Below are positions 12,301 through 27,300 of a stretch of 64,000 nucleotides of DNA, piece by piece. The notes beneath the pieces are model-generated. The model saw nothing but the letters and a program-made list of their open reading frames with translations, had not been told where the DNA came from and did not search any database. Both the position numbers and the translations under genes were made by a program. The first letter of the stretch is position 1; the number at the start of each line of letters is the position of its first letter. Origin of the DNA: Priapulus caudatus (Eukaryota); assembly GCF_000485595.1 (NCBI RefSeq), contig NW_014577073.1:544816-608815 (forward strand). The letters are read 5' to 3'.

Positions 12301-15300
12301 ATGTAAGGATTTCTTATTCTACCGTTATTTTATATTTTACAATGACCATTATACTAAGGATAGGATCGCATGCCCAGCATGGGACACCATCAATCACATA
12401 TCATCATTAAATCTTTCCACCTAACGAAAAGCCTTTTCATGATTGACCATCTTGACCAAACACTGTACAGAGTTTCCAGACCAGGAGATTCCGTGAGTTT
12501 CCTGACCCGCACTAGCTTGACTCCCGACACACTGTGCTAAGCACATGGTTTGCCTCTACTTCAACGACACTGTGAACCTACCAGCCTCCTCCTCCTCTCC
12601 CTCCTTCTCACCCCAGCCGTACCTTTCTTGGAGCTAAATTGGTTGATTTCTACTCAATCGTGAAGTTCAAACGTACTGCTTCTGGTCAAATCTGACAACG
12701 TCAGTCAGCTTTGAAAAAGCCTCCTGTTAGGACGCGAAACGTTAGCAGTACGTTTGAGCTTCACGGTTGAGTAGAAATCAACCAAGTTAGCTCTATTATC
12801 AACCAACCAAATGAACTTATTAAAGGATTTACGTACCTTTCTTGTCGAGTAGGAACTTTGCGCATCGCAGCACCTCTAGCGTGATGTTGAGCAGGTCGAC
12901 GATATCACCGATGACGTGGCACGCCGTCGCCTCGTGGTACATCGTGTGCAGCGTCGTGAACGCCTGAAAGTCACACGCGCGCGTGAGAAATCATGCTCAC
13001 ATGGTGGCATGGTCGAGTAGTAATAATGCCACATAATATGTAATACGCACACACATATAATATACCGATATAATATAATAATATGTGCATAATATATAAC
13101 GATATATAAGGGTGACGTATATCACTGAACAGTCCGAGTGTGCCATATAATATGTAATATATATAAATATATATAGAGAGATGGATAGATAAGGGTTATA
13201 CGTACATCACTGAACAGTCCGAGAGCGCCATGATACATTGCTACCATGCGATCTTCACTAGTCTTTAACAGGATGCGGTAGACACTGCAACGCAATCGCA
13301 CGATTATGAAATACTACACGCGACGGAAGATCATATCATAGCCACCGTCTCCAATGCCACATTTAATAGCTGACGTTGATTCTTTTTTCGTGCATTTGAA
13401 CCAATCGGCTTGCACGTTGCATATTCCGCCACTCTTACCGATGTATTACGTGTCGTATCACGATCCTGCGATCACACCGCGCCACACACATCGATACGCG
13501 TCGTATCGCAGCCCAAACATCGGACGGCAAAACTAGATCGTGCGGCCCGAATATCGTTTTCAGGATGACTAAAGTGGTTACGTTGACTACAGCCTACAGC
13601 TAGTACCTGATGAGCGTCGCCCAGCATGAGCGGCCGTCCAGCGACGCTGTGTACAGCTGTATCGTGTCCTGCTTGAACTTGTGGATCTCCTTCAGCTCCT
13701 GTTCGCTGCTGTCCGGGTAGCAAGTGACGAAGATCTGCATCAGCCTCATTAGCTCCTCGACGGCCTGTCGCGGTTAAAGTGATTACGTCACCATAAATAG
13801 TAATAGTAAACAAAATTATGTAAATTTTTTCACAAAATGTAAATGACTCTACTCCAACGTAACACTTAACATCTAACCCCAATGTTACAGACACTGCCAT
13901 AATGCTACCCTCCCACTATGCTAATGATAGTGACATTAACCTATTGTTACACACACAATAACTTAATTTTACACAAATACTATCTTAATATTACCCTCAC
14001 AGTATGCTAAATGTTATACTTACACTATGTCAATATTACCCTAATATTACCCTCACATTATGCTTATGTTACACTTACACAATGCCTATTTTGCCCTAAT
14101 ATTACTCTCACAGTATGCTAATGTTACGCTTACACTATGCCAATATTACCCTCACATTATGCTTATGTTACACTTACACAATGCCAATATTACCCTAATA
14201 TTACCCTCACATCATGCTTATTTTACGCTTACACAATGCCAATATTACCCTAATAATTATTACCCTCACATCATGCTTATTTTACGCTTACCCAATGCCA
14301 ATATTACCCTAATATTACCAGAACATTATCCTAATGTTACATCTACATGTTAATGTTACACCTACTGTCTTACACTACACCCCCCCCCCCACACACCAAC
14401 CTAATGGTACCCCAGCACTACATCGGCACTACCTGCGCCGCGCGGTTCGTCGCGACTCACGTTTGCGTATCGCGTCGCGTAGGGGCTGATGTTCTTGAAC
14501 GCCCACTGCATGTTCTGGTGCGTGGCGAGGTAGTGCGTGAACGAGCGCGACTGCTCGCAGAAGAGCCGCAGCAGGCCGTAGTAGGCCGGCAGCATGACGC
14601 GGTTGAACAGCACTACGTCCTGGTCCTCGTGGTCGGCCCTGTGGGGGGGGAGAGAGAGCAAACGCGCGGGGGCGACGCCGCCGTTAGTTCACCGAGAATC
14701 GTGCGCACCGTGGAAGTCTGTGCAGAAGGTAATATTACCCTCACATTATGCTTATGTTACACTTACACAATGCCTATTTTGCCCTAATATTACTCTCACA
14801 GTATGCTAATGTTACGCTTACACTATGCCAATATTACCCTCACATTATGCTTATGTTACACTTACACAATGCCNNNNNNNNNNNNNNNNNNNNNNNNNGT
14901 CTCATAATCCAATATCGTGATCGTGAAATTGTTCGATTTATGGTTCTCTAATCTTTTCACACAATAGCAACGAATTTTGTTCTGTATGCTGGATGATTGT
15001 GTATTTTGGGCATTGCGCTCAGAATGCTGTTATAATGGTCAGCAATTCTACATCAGATCATGATTTCCAGTCTACGATAAAACAAATTTCCAATCTTCGT
15101 GGCTCTCTCTTGTCCGCAGTTTCATGGCCACACAGTATAACGCCCGCTCTTGCGTAGTGCAGATTACAATATATTAATATTATTGACAAAAATGCCTTTT
15201 TTTTGTATGAATGCTGAACATCAGACTGCGTCTCTTCAGCACTCCAAGCAGAATCCAAAGCCCTGCTTTACTAGCATTAGATGCAAGAGAGTGTTCTTCC

Positions 15301-18300
15301 GCCCTCCTTTACACCATCCTGCAGGCTATCGACCCTGCTAGAGAACACGCGCGCTAACACACATGCGAACCAACAAACACTACATTGGCGAGCACGAGCG
15401 TACGGGGTATGGTTCGCACGTCCACTTACGCCCACACAGTGTGTTCGCCAGCTTGCCTCAGCTCGGTGACGCATGCTGGCGCGTGCCGGATTCTCTCCTG
15501 CAGGCATCAGCGCAGCTTCGTGATGCACTTCCACCAGGTTCTTGGTTGTTCTGCGCCTCAGTCAGCACCTGCCGGACACCTGTCGACAAGGTAAATGTAG
15601 GTAAGACAAGAGTAGCGAGTAGAATAGACGGTAAGCATTGACAGGTGTGTAGGTAAGACAGAGCCCACACCTAGATAGAGGCAAGCCATTGACAGGTGTG
15701 TAGTAAGACAGAACACCAGCCTAGGAAGAGGTAAGCATTGCAGGTGTGTAGGTAAGACAGAGCACCACACTAGATAGATGTACAGCATTCCTAGCGTGTT
15801 GTAGTAAGGAAAGAAACCACATCAAGTTAGAGCAAGGCATTGAACGAGTATAGAAGGCCAGAGCTCTGCAATGCAGTAACTAGTCCAAAGCAGTGAGCCA
15901 TACAATACCTCATCACATTATTGAGTTCGTATTTTTCCTATGAAATTCCTAAGCTTCTTATTCAAGGTCAGAAGCTTAATATACAAGAGGTCCTACTAAT
16001 TTAACCTAATGCCTATCGCAATACAGCGCCCTTAACACTAAACTGAGCATTCAGCTAGTCACACACATGCATGCTGCCTTAAGGTTTTAATTTCTGGATG
16101 TTTCGGTCAAGAGGACGACAAACTAGTCAGGATACAACAAAGAGAAATTGCTTTAAGAAACTAGATCGGCGCTAGAACTGTCACTGCGCGCCATGCTGTC
16201 TGTAAGGCAGAGCGATGCCAACATACCTTTGGGAAGAAGCGTGCCAGAAGAACTGGTAATGACAGGAGTTGATGAAGCGATGGACGTTCATCTGTCAGCA
16301 CGGCGTCGATGTAGTCGATGAGGTAGGTGGAGCACTAGACGATCTCGAGTGCTTTTCTTTCGATTTGCTAGTAATTTTAGAGACACAGGTATAGCACTTT
16401 TTTTCTTAGCATTTAAAAGCCAAATTAACTAAAAAAATCACCTATAATTGATAAAACAAATGATAGTTCCGGCTAATTATTTATGCACACTATAAGATTT
16501 TAGTACTACTACTATTAAACACAAATACCAAAACATTCCATTGGCAATTTATTAAACATTAAGTAACTATACATTTGCAATCGTCCACACCTAACTACGC
16601 GAGTACTCATAATAGGAAAACATCAACATGCTAACTATACAAACTGACTGTTACACTAAAACCTCCGTTATATAGCATTGCTTATATTAAACCTCTGTAA
16701 AATCTCAAGCGACAGCAATAATGATGATGGCATTAAAACATTCACGCTCTGAATGATAACGTCGACCAGAGCTTTAGCAAAAGCAACGGAAATTGGAGAG
16801 GCGACGCCTTCCACGGCCCCATACACCTAATGAAAGGGAAGATATAGAGCTCAGAAAAACATCCTAACGTAATAAACGATAAACATACTCTACCTATATT
16901 AGCATAGCGAGTTCATGATAGCTTAGTATGTGGTAGCACCAGCTAGTCATGATTACACATGCTCGCTCTGCTCGTCATTACGTCGTGCTCACGCATCACA
17001 GCCACACAAGACTGACAACGTTGCAAAACCTCAGACGCGCCACCAAAACGCCCGGCAAGAAAAGTTAGGTCAACATACTCGAATCGCGCGACAAACAACA
17101 ACACAAACTCCCCACCCTACAAACGAACAACACTACCCGCATACGAAATCTGCCGCGACATGAATTTTTCACGGCGTTCGTACATCTCTGGCACATCGTC
17201 GCATGGTGATGAAGCACACGCGCGCGGGCGCGCCCCATTCAACTCACGTTCAGGTTGATTGATGTCTTTTCGTGCATGATGCGCTGCGTTGACGCCATGC
17301 GACACACGGAGGTCGATGTACTTGTGGTAGGGACAGAAGAAGTCAGCCAACGCGCTGAATGCGTACGGCCTCGTCTTCCCCCCGTTAGCATCGCTACCAC
17401 GCCGGCGCATCCGGAACGCAGCAGTGCGCGATAGCAGGCCGGCCCACGCCGCCCAACGCATAACAAGTGACGTGCATCAGTCGGTACAACGCAGTGCCAG
17501 CCTTCGTTATTCCATCTCAACTTTGATAAGCTGGCCGGGTATATCAGATATAACTATATATATCTCGCAAGAGGTGGTGGGTAATGGGGGCCGGGGCTTC
17601 CTCGAAAGCTGCTATCATAACAGGTTTGATGAAAACATTGGCCTAAGACACGGTGAGCTTCTTTCGGAAGCGCAAACTTACAACCAGAGAGCGAAGAAGA
17701 GAGAGCGCAAACAATTGCGCAATTCTCTTCTCCAGAACAGTTGCCATTCTGTTAGCAGTTCTGGCAGAAACCCGCTCACCTCTGGCAGCAAGTCTGGCAG
17801 AATGCCAGTCACTCTGCCAGGCAAGTCTGCGAATGGGTGTCAACTCTACTGGCAAAGCTCTGCGAGAATCGCCATCACGTCTACAGGCAGTCTGGAGAAT
17901 GCCGCCTCCCCCCTACCCGCGGAAGTCTGGCAGAATACCTGTCACTCCCCTGCAGGCAAGTTCCTGGCAGAAATGCGTCACTCCTCCTGGCAGTCGCCAG
18001 AGGAGCCATGCGCATTCTCCTCGCGCCGTAAGTCATCGTCATCGCGGCGCGTGGATGCCATACGCTTACTCGACCTCCCCGGTCTGGACGTGCAAGAACA
18101 TCTGCCAGCATCGGGTCGCTGCGGACGGAGATGTTGCTGCGGCCGAATGCCGTTGTTCGGCGCGTCCGCCCTGCCTGGCCGCCACGTCACGCCCGCCCCG
18201 TTGCCACTGGCAACGCTCAACTGCGGAGACGTCGTGATCATCTAGTTGCTCCCCGGTGAGAAAATTCCTACAACAGAACTTGACACTCACGACGCGTTCG

Positions 18301-21300
18301 CGCTAACAACGAACAACAACAAAGTGGTGCCTGAACAAGCGCCGAGATGCTACGTGCCCAATTGCGCCCACTGGCTATGGCTAATTAACACTTACTAACA
18401 GTATAATATATAGCTATGTTATACAACTTAATAGTTTTTGTATGTCGTCACTGCTACAACTACAGCACCTCGCCAGCACCTATGCCACCATTTATACAGA
18501 TGGAGTTCTGTCGCCTCAACCTGGCACGCAGTGATGAGCTCGTCGAACGCCACGCCAGCGTACTGCAGCTAGTATCTCCGAGTCCTGTGAGACACTCACT
18601 CCCGAGACCATCACTACACTGTGGGCACTATTTCTATGACCAGACGTGCTCCTGTGCATTGGGCATGTCGTGTGATGCTCGGCTCGACTGCACCTCACAG
18701 CGGCAGTTGTTGTCTGGAGACTGCTGTGAGCATGAAGCGATGATGGGCAGCCAGCGCGCTGGATGCTCTTCGTTGGGATAGAGCAGCGCAGCATCTCACG
18801 GAGAACGTACTGTAAGAGATTGTAAGATGATGCCACCGCTGCAGCTAGTCGGGTCACGAACGGTAAAAGCTAGTGTATGCTACAGAGTATATATTGCCTA
18901 ATGTGCAACATATGCACTCAGAATGCCAGACTACCATACACTTACACGCCGACACACATTTACTACACGTTACGTATACGTCTTGTATGTTGCGTGCGTG
19001 CGTGCCGCATATAATGTAGCAGTGTCTATGCTACACGTTGAGAGTATTTAGCCTATATCTATGTGTGCCTAATTACATATTTGCAGACAAGTACGATAGC
19101 TACACAAAAATAGACATCGCGCTTAGTCTCAATTCAGTTGACAGTGATAGTCCCTTTCATCCCGAACTTTTAATTAACCAGCTTGAGCCACGTTATCGTC
19201 AAACGACTACATAAGTGTCAGCGTGCGTAGTTACGTGGCTGTACTAAACTCAGCTGCGGCGTGACACGTACGAGCGAACCTGGCGGATTTCTGCCGTGCG
19301 GCGTACATAGGAGTGAGCAGGCTAGAGGAGCTTTGGCGTCCAAAACTCCATGCGATCCTTCCAGGGAGTAAACAGCTTGCTCAACCTCGGGCCTAGGCGA
19401 AAGCAGAAGACGTCGCGGGGTAAATTTTAAAGGAAATCATTTGTGTTATTTCCCGAGGCCGACGTTAGACGGACAAGCAATTAGTAGTGGCTTAGAATTA
19501 CGTTATTAAGGTATCATTGTTTGGATAAACAAGGGGTAAGTTATAGTCAACATATAATAACACAAGCCATTGTATGTTAGAGACTCGCACAAGACATGAA
19601 AGAGATAACAAGCAGATTGATGGATGAGCAGCACAGAAAGAATTAAGGATTCTTATTCGTAGACCGTGTTATTTTAATAATTTACAATGAGCCATGTATA
19701 GCTAAGGATATATTGCATGCTCAGCACGCGAACATCAATACACATATCACATATTAATCTTTCCAACCTAACAGAAAGCCTCTTATGATATGAACATCTT
19801 GACCAAACACTGTACAGCAGTTTCCAGACCAGGAGAATTCGCGTGAGTTTCCTGACCGCCAGCTAGCTTCACTCCCGAAAACACTTGCTAAGCACATGGT
19901 TTGCCTCTACATGCGAATGAGCACTGCCGCAACCTCCCAGCTTCGCTGCCTCCTCTCCCTCACTTCTCACCCACAGCCCGTACCTTTTCTTGGAGTAAAT
20001 TGCCGTTGATTTTATTCAATCGTGAAGCTTCAACTACTCGCTTCTGCCGTCAAAGTCTGACAAACCGTCAAAGTCAGCTTCGAAAAGCTCCTGTTTGACG
20101 GTGAACGTTAGCAGCACGTTTGACCTTCAGAGGTTGAGTAGAAATCAACCAAGTTAGCTTGCTAACTTATCAACCACCAAATGAACTTATAAGGATTTAC
20201 GTGACTTTTCTTGTCGACGGTAGGAAAGTTTGCGCCATCGCCCAGCACACTCTAGCGTCGAATGTTGAGCACGTCAACGATATGGCACTGATGACGTGCA
20301 CGCCGTCGCTCGGGTACATCGTGTGCACGTCGCTGAACGCGCAAAGTCACACGCGCGCAGTGATGAGATCATGCTCACATGGTGGCATTGTGAGTAGTAT
20401 AATCGCCACATAATATGTATACGCACACACATATAATAATACTGTATCAATATAATAATATGGCATAATATATAACGATATATAAGGGTGACGCATATCA
20501 CTGAACAGTCCGAGTGTGCCATATATAATATGTAATATATAAAATATATATAGAGAGATGGATAGATAAGGGTTATACGTACATCACTGAACAGTCGATG
20601 ATGCTGCCATGATACATTGCTACCAATGCGATCTTCACTAGCTCTTTAACAGGATGCCGGTAGTACACTGCAGACGCAATGCGCACGGATCTATGAAATA
20701 CTACACCGCGACGGAAGTATACATATTCAAGCCCCGTTCTCAATGCCCACATTTAATAGCTGATAGTTCATTCTTTTGTTCTGCATTTGACCAATCGCTT
20801 GCGCGTTGCATATTCCGCCCGTCTTACGCGATGTCATTACGTGGTGGTATCAGATCCTACGATCACACCCCGCGCCAACACCACATCGCACTACGAGCAT
20901 CGATATCAGCAGCCAACATGACGACGGCAAAAATCTAGATCGTGCGTCGCCTGATATGCTTTTTCAGGATGACTAAAGTGCTTACCGTTGACTACAGCCG
21001 TAGACCCTAGAGCGTCGGCCCAGCCACTGCAGCGGCCCTTCAGCGACGCTGTGTACAGCTCGTACCTCGTGTCCTGCTTGAACTGTGAGTCATCTTCAGG
21101 GCCTTCCTGTTCGCCTCGTACTGCTGTGCCCGGCGCGTAGCACCCACGTGCATCCGAGATCTCATCACGCCCTCATTAGCTCCTCGACGTTGGCGCCTGG
21201 TCCGGCTTCAGTGATACGCAACCATAAATGGCTAATCAGTTAAACAAAAGTTTGTACAATTTTTTTCACATCAAATGTTAAATGGACCTCTACTCCAACG

Positions 21301-24300
21301 ATACACTTTAACACTAATCGCCTCCATATGCTTACAGACCAGCTCCGCTATAATCACTGCTCACCCCACTCCCTATGCCTAATTTTGATACGTGACATTA
21401 ACCGTATTGTTACACCACACAATCAACTTAATCTTACATCAACAATACTATCTTAATATTACCCTCACAGTATGCTAAATGTTATAGCTTACACTATGTC
21501 AATATTAACCTAAGATTATTCCCTCACATTATGCTTATGTCTACACTTACAAATGCGTATTTTGCCCTATATTACACTCTCACGACATATGCTAATGCTT
21601 ACGCTTTCCACTATGCGCATATTCCCTCACATTATGCTATGTTTACACTACACAATGGCCATATTACCCTAATATTACGCTCACATCATGCTTATTTTTA
21701 CGCTTACCAATGCCAATATTAACCTAATAATTATTACCCTCACATCATGCTTATTTTACGCTTACCACAATGCAATATTACCCTAATATTACCAGAACAT
21801 TATCCTAATGTTACATCTACATGTTAATGTTTACACCTACTGTCTTAACACTACACCCCCCCCACACCGCAACCTAATGTTCCCACGCCCTACATCGGCA
21901 CTACCTGCGCCGCGCGGTCGTGCGCGACTCACGTTTGCGTATGCGGTCGCGTAGGGGCTGATGTTCTTGAACGCCCACTGCATGTTCTGGTGCGTGGCGA
22001 GGTAGTGCAGTGAACGAGCGCGACTGCTCACGAGAAAGCGCGCAGCAGGCCGTAGTAGGCCGGCAGCATGACGCGGTTGAACAGCAGCTAGTGCGCACAT
22101 CCTGGTCCTCGTGGTCGGCCCTGGGGGGGAGAGAGAGCAAACGCGCGGGGGCGACGCCGCCGTTAGTTCACCGAGAATCGTGCGCACCGTGGAAGTCTGT
22201 GCAGAAGGGTCACTTAACACGTTCCCCGCGGATCCACGAGTCAGCTCATGGCCAAAAAAATAAAGTTCTCCTATAGATGGCAGGGGCTGTACGCTTAGAA
22301 ATTCAACAGGGTCAGTCTATACACCCCAGTCGTAGATGACATGATTTATACAATGCTTTACTGTTGTTTGGAACGTTATTTTGGGAGTTTTTGGGACTGA
22401 GGTAATGTTTTTGGTTCACCACGCCAAAGGGCGTTTGTTGTGAGAATGGCAAGTTCGTCGTTCAATGACCGCTGAAGAAGTTGCAGAGTTATGCGCTGAT
22501 TCTGACAGTGATATGCCTGTTTTGATGTCTGAGAGTAAGTTTATATCTATATTATACTAGCCACTAATTATAAATAATTTTATAGCTAGTTAAACCTGCC
22601 AAAAACATTTTGTGTAATAAGTGACTAAGTGGGGAAAACGCGAAAATCTCAGCACAGGGCGGTAGGTGCATTGTTAACCAGGCAGCGTTGAACGTGTTAA
22701 GGGAAAATGACAAGCATGTACTTTTTTGGCAGGTGCGCATTCTATTGAGGATTTACCGATTCGATTTTGATGACGTTAAGACTGCCACTCGAGGAACATG
22801 CTAAAAGTGTCCGTTATAAGCAGGTGCCTATATAGTTAACTGCTAACACAGGTGTACTACAAGATTACAAAAAATAAGAGTATGAGTGTAGAACATTTAT
22901 GGAAAGCTTTACTAACGTGTTAAATCAATGTATATTTGTCGATGGCAGGTTTTAGGCGGACATACTAGTGGGGAGAACTAGCTTAATAGTGGTTTTTAAA
23001 CTGGGGCCGAGTGAAGACAGCAAAATGGCTTAAAAACAGCTTGTAATATTGTCATGATTCTTTTGATTTTTTTTTTACATGTACTCGTTTTCTAGGGATT
23101 TGTCCTCGTGGGAGAGGTATGCTACGCAAACACCTTCCTAGGAAACATGCAAAAAAAAAACTTAAATAAATGCACTAATGCATCTTAAATGCACCCATGA
23201 CCTTCCGTACATATTGTCAACGAATATTCTTTCGCAACATTAAAAAACCTCGGTAATTTTGCGCCACACTCGACCACGCGTCATGCTACGAACGGGATCA
23301 CTGCTCTGCAACCGCACACACCGATGAAAAGTAAGTCGGCTGTGACTGAAGGCTTACAGTATGTAGTTGAAGGCAATGTTCTTGGCAATGCGAGGGTCCT
23401 CGGTTATTAGCCGCACATTCTCTGGACGATCGAGGCAGGCTTGGTACCAGAATATTAACAAGGCCTGAAAGGAAAAAGCCCCATGATACATCGAAATAAA
23501 GTTGACATTAAATGAGATAAAATAATTAAATAATTAAATAAAACGATGAATTGGACATGTGGGAAACCCTGTGGGTAGCTCTATCCTTAAAGTTTTAAAC
23601 CATTGGTCAGGGATCGTGTTTAACCTGTCCAGAAAAGCAATCTATGCGCAGCCCAATAGAACAGACCTTCCAAAAGTTACCGACATGACTAGAAAATAAA
23701 TAAATGTTTAAAAAAAAGACGATAAAAAATTAGTGTCTGAAATCAGTTATGGTGAAACTGTGATTCACAATGAGCACAGGTAATACCATACTGTTGCCAC
23801 ACAGTGCTTCCCCCACCCCCACCCACCGACGTACCTGCTTGTTGTGGTTAACAGCAATCGGCGGCTCAGACAGCTTAGGCTGGAATATCTGCCAAAGCTC
23901 CATCACATAATGGCCAAACTAAAACGCAGAAACAGAACAACAAGGATAGACGATATAAACTGCAACGAATTGCGCAAGATGACATTACATGAGATTGCCT
24001 GTGGAAAAGTTGCGCATTTATGACGTACGTTTTTTGCTACACGTAGATTTTTTTCTGCCTGGCGACAACTACAGAACAGACCCTGGTACCTGACACGAGG
24101 CAAAAACTGCATTGTACAATATCCCTCATGCATTTGCTGATGCCTGCACAAATGAAGTCCCATGAAAACGGAAACGTAAGCTCTGGCGTACAAGCTACTG
24201 TAACAATAGATGCGGGCGAGTAACAACATCTATATGAGCGAAATGAATAGTTGCATGCGGTCTATTCAATGGCAACACTATCACCCATTGATGTAAAAAT

Positions 24301-27300
24301 CTATTATATTCCATAAACATCTATTCATTCAGGGTGCACTATATATGGCTGCCTGTAGTGTTACATTACAAACCATTGCACTGCGATACATTAGCAAAAC
24401 AAGCGGAGAAAGTAGGGACTGGAAAGAATAAAGCATTATATGGCTGCCTGTATTCCAAATGGCAAATGTTACTGTGGTTTTATGATACAAGCTATTGTAG
24501 CGAGAAATGTAAAAAGGCCAGTAACATTATCTGTTTTCAAATTAAAGTATGATGATTATCGTTGCAACATATTCACCTCAGGTAATTGTCAGAAATGATA
24601 GGAATCCTGCAAGTTCATGAATAAAACGTACGCAACATGAAATTTTGTAGCGTGAACCCTATTCTCCTCTCAAGTTCCCTTAGAAATATGCAGAATTAAT
24701 TCTTAGTTTTCTATAGCTTATGTAATGTCAAAAACTAGCACACCATAGATAAAGCTGGGTTTACACTACCGACTTCACACAGTCAAATTGATTAATTGTA
24801 CTAGTTTTAGTGTTGTACAATCGACAATCGGCAGTGTAAACGTAAAAGTCGCGCGACAAACTGGCTGGGAGGTGGGGGGTTGGGAGATTAGAACATGTTC
24901 TATTTTCCCAACTCGGTATTGCTGAACTGTATAGGTTTTTGCCATATGGGCCACTCATAGAACAGCAATCAGGTGTGTCCCTCCACCTAGGGAGAGAGCA
25001 AGTTTTTGCTATCGGCGCCACGCTGGCAGCATGGAATACATGCAAAAAGTGCATCCGTGTCACCTCGTTCGTGCGCACACTACGCGCCAAATTTTGAAAC
25101 GTTTGCTGCCTCGCGGTCAGTAATGTAAGAGCTTTGAACATATATAGAGAGGATGGTAGAAAGAAGAAAAACGCCAAGTTGCCTGCATAAAGTCGATAGT
25201 GTAAATCCAGCTTAACCGACTGTAGTGTAACTACAGAGTGCCAAGTTGGTGTGACGCTATAACGTACCATTAGTTTTTCAGCTCTTGATACAAGGCAATA
25301 GGTCATCACAGCAAAATATGACATCAGCTTCATTGTACCATGCTGGGTAGCATCTTGAAAACAATTAGAAATAATCTTGAATTAGAATTATTAGTTTCCA
25401 ACTTGTTTTTTGGTCTATGATTTCCATTTTCCTACGATGCGTTATCAATCCCCTACCGGCTATCAAAATTGTAAGATTTTGTAGCACACAATAACACAAT
25501 GTACAAGTTTTTCATATAACACTATTTTGGGGAGATCTCTACCTTTGAAGTTGATGATATAATATTGATTCAGGATATAGAATATCATTATTAATTACGA
25601 GTTCACTGTAGGTGTATATTAGGTGAGAAGATCTGTTTGGCCACTTATGATTTGGATTTTGCAAACATCCCCACATGTCCCTTTGTCCCCACCTGTTGTC
25701 ATATCCTGCTACCCTACCCCAGTGTATGATATTTCTATGGGATTAAAGTCTCTGCAAACAGTCATACACTACAACCAGATGTCAGAAAGGCTACAAGGAC
25801 AGTTACCTGCATATATCCTAGCCTTACTCAGTAAGCTCAGCAAGTACATGTAGATCTGATGAAGAACCATGGTCGACTCCTGACTCATCTACACAACCAG
25901 ACGAAAAAAAACCATTAACCCCAATAAGTAAATAACGATTAAACGTTAATCGCATCATTCCAGCTCAAGTTGAACTCCGATCTAATGTCACCTGCAACAC
26001 ACGTGCTCGCACTTTACCCAGGTTTTTTTTGCAGAAAATCTTCGCGCAGAGTAGCAAAGAAATATAGGCTGGCCAACGACAGAACTACAGTCGTTCATAC
26101 ACTTTGTCAATACTGCTCCTAGAGCTTGCTAAACTTTCATCAAGATGCAACCACGCTTCCAACGAATTTAAACAGCAACACTGTCACTTTCAAGCCGCAA
26201 TAGTACTACCAGCTCAACCTGTAAGTAACGCACCCGTGATTTGCACAAAGCTTTACCCCGTCACTCATATCAACACAGCGTATCGATGTAAGCGAGAAAG
26301 TTAAAGTCATAAGTGACCTGTTTGGCATCGACTGCCATTGCCATGGAATCGCGATACTCACGCTCATGCCCTTCTGGGGGCTGACCAGAGTTCTCACGGC
26401 TCTGAAGTTCTGTCTGAACTGGTTGCAGGGGACGAGGCAGACCAGCAGGTAGGCGGCGGCTGCGGCGCAAAAAACCAAGTCTCGTTAAACTTCATTAACG
26501 TCACTAACGACATCCCGCAAGAGACACAGCGATGACAAATGTTAAAAAGAAGAGTAGACGCGAGTTCGTAAGATATGCGAGATGTATAAACAAACAATGC
26601 CACACACTAGTACCACAGTGACAACGTGCAACATGCTAATAAATTGGCAATGCGACGCGCAGACAAAAAAGGCCGAATTGTGAAGTTACATCACGCCACG
26701 ACGAAGGCACACCATGTCGCGTTGACACCATGGCACGTTACAACACATCGCTAATCACAGTCATGGGTCGTCATGATACGCCGCGCGTCGCGGCAACCAG
26801 ATGGCGTGTGCAACATCCCCACGTGCAGCGTTGCGTGACGCCGCGCATTTGCACAGACGGAGTTGACCGTCGACCGTCGCTGCGGCTACCGTCAGCAGCG
26901 CCACCTACCCATGTGCACGCGCTGGTTCGGGTTGGCGATGAGGAATCGCTCGACCCACGTGTCCATGTTCTGCAGCACCCAGCTGTGCGCGATCTTGTTA
27001 CGTGGGACCTGAACGGCGAGCCAGTCGAGGCACTGCTGCGGACAGTACTCCACCACCTGCTCCCAGCCGGGCAACAATGGGCAACGATGAGCAACAATGA
27101 GCAACAATGAGCAACAACGAGCAACGATGAGCAACAATGGGCAACAATGGGCAACAACGGGCAACGATGAGCAACAATGAGCAACAATGAGCAACAACGG
27201 GAGGCAGACGATTGCCACGCGAGGGCAGATATGAAATGCAATAAAAAATATACATGTTAATAGGTAGACGATCGCCGTGCAAGTGCAAATATGAAATATA

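Noticed and set aside
17424..18245. 273-aa ORF
   Set aside because: Chance frame through the error-rich duplicate of a minisatellite.
14899..22209. USP34 pseudogene or paralogue
   Set aside because: Gap-adjacent, insertion-biased 1-bp indels with few substitutions point to a raw-read artefact.
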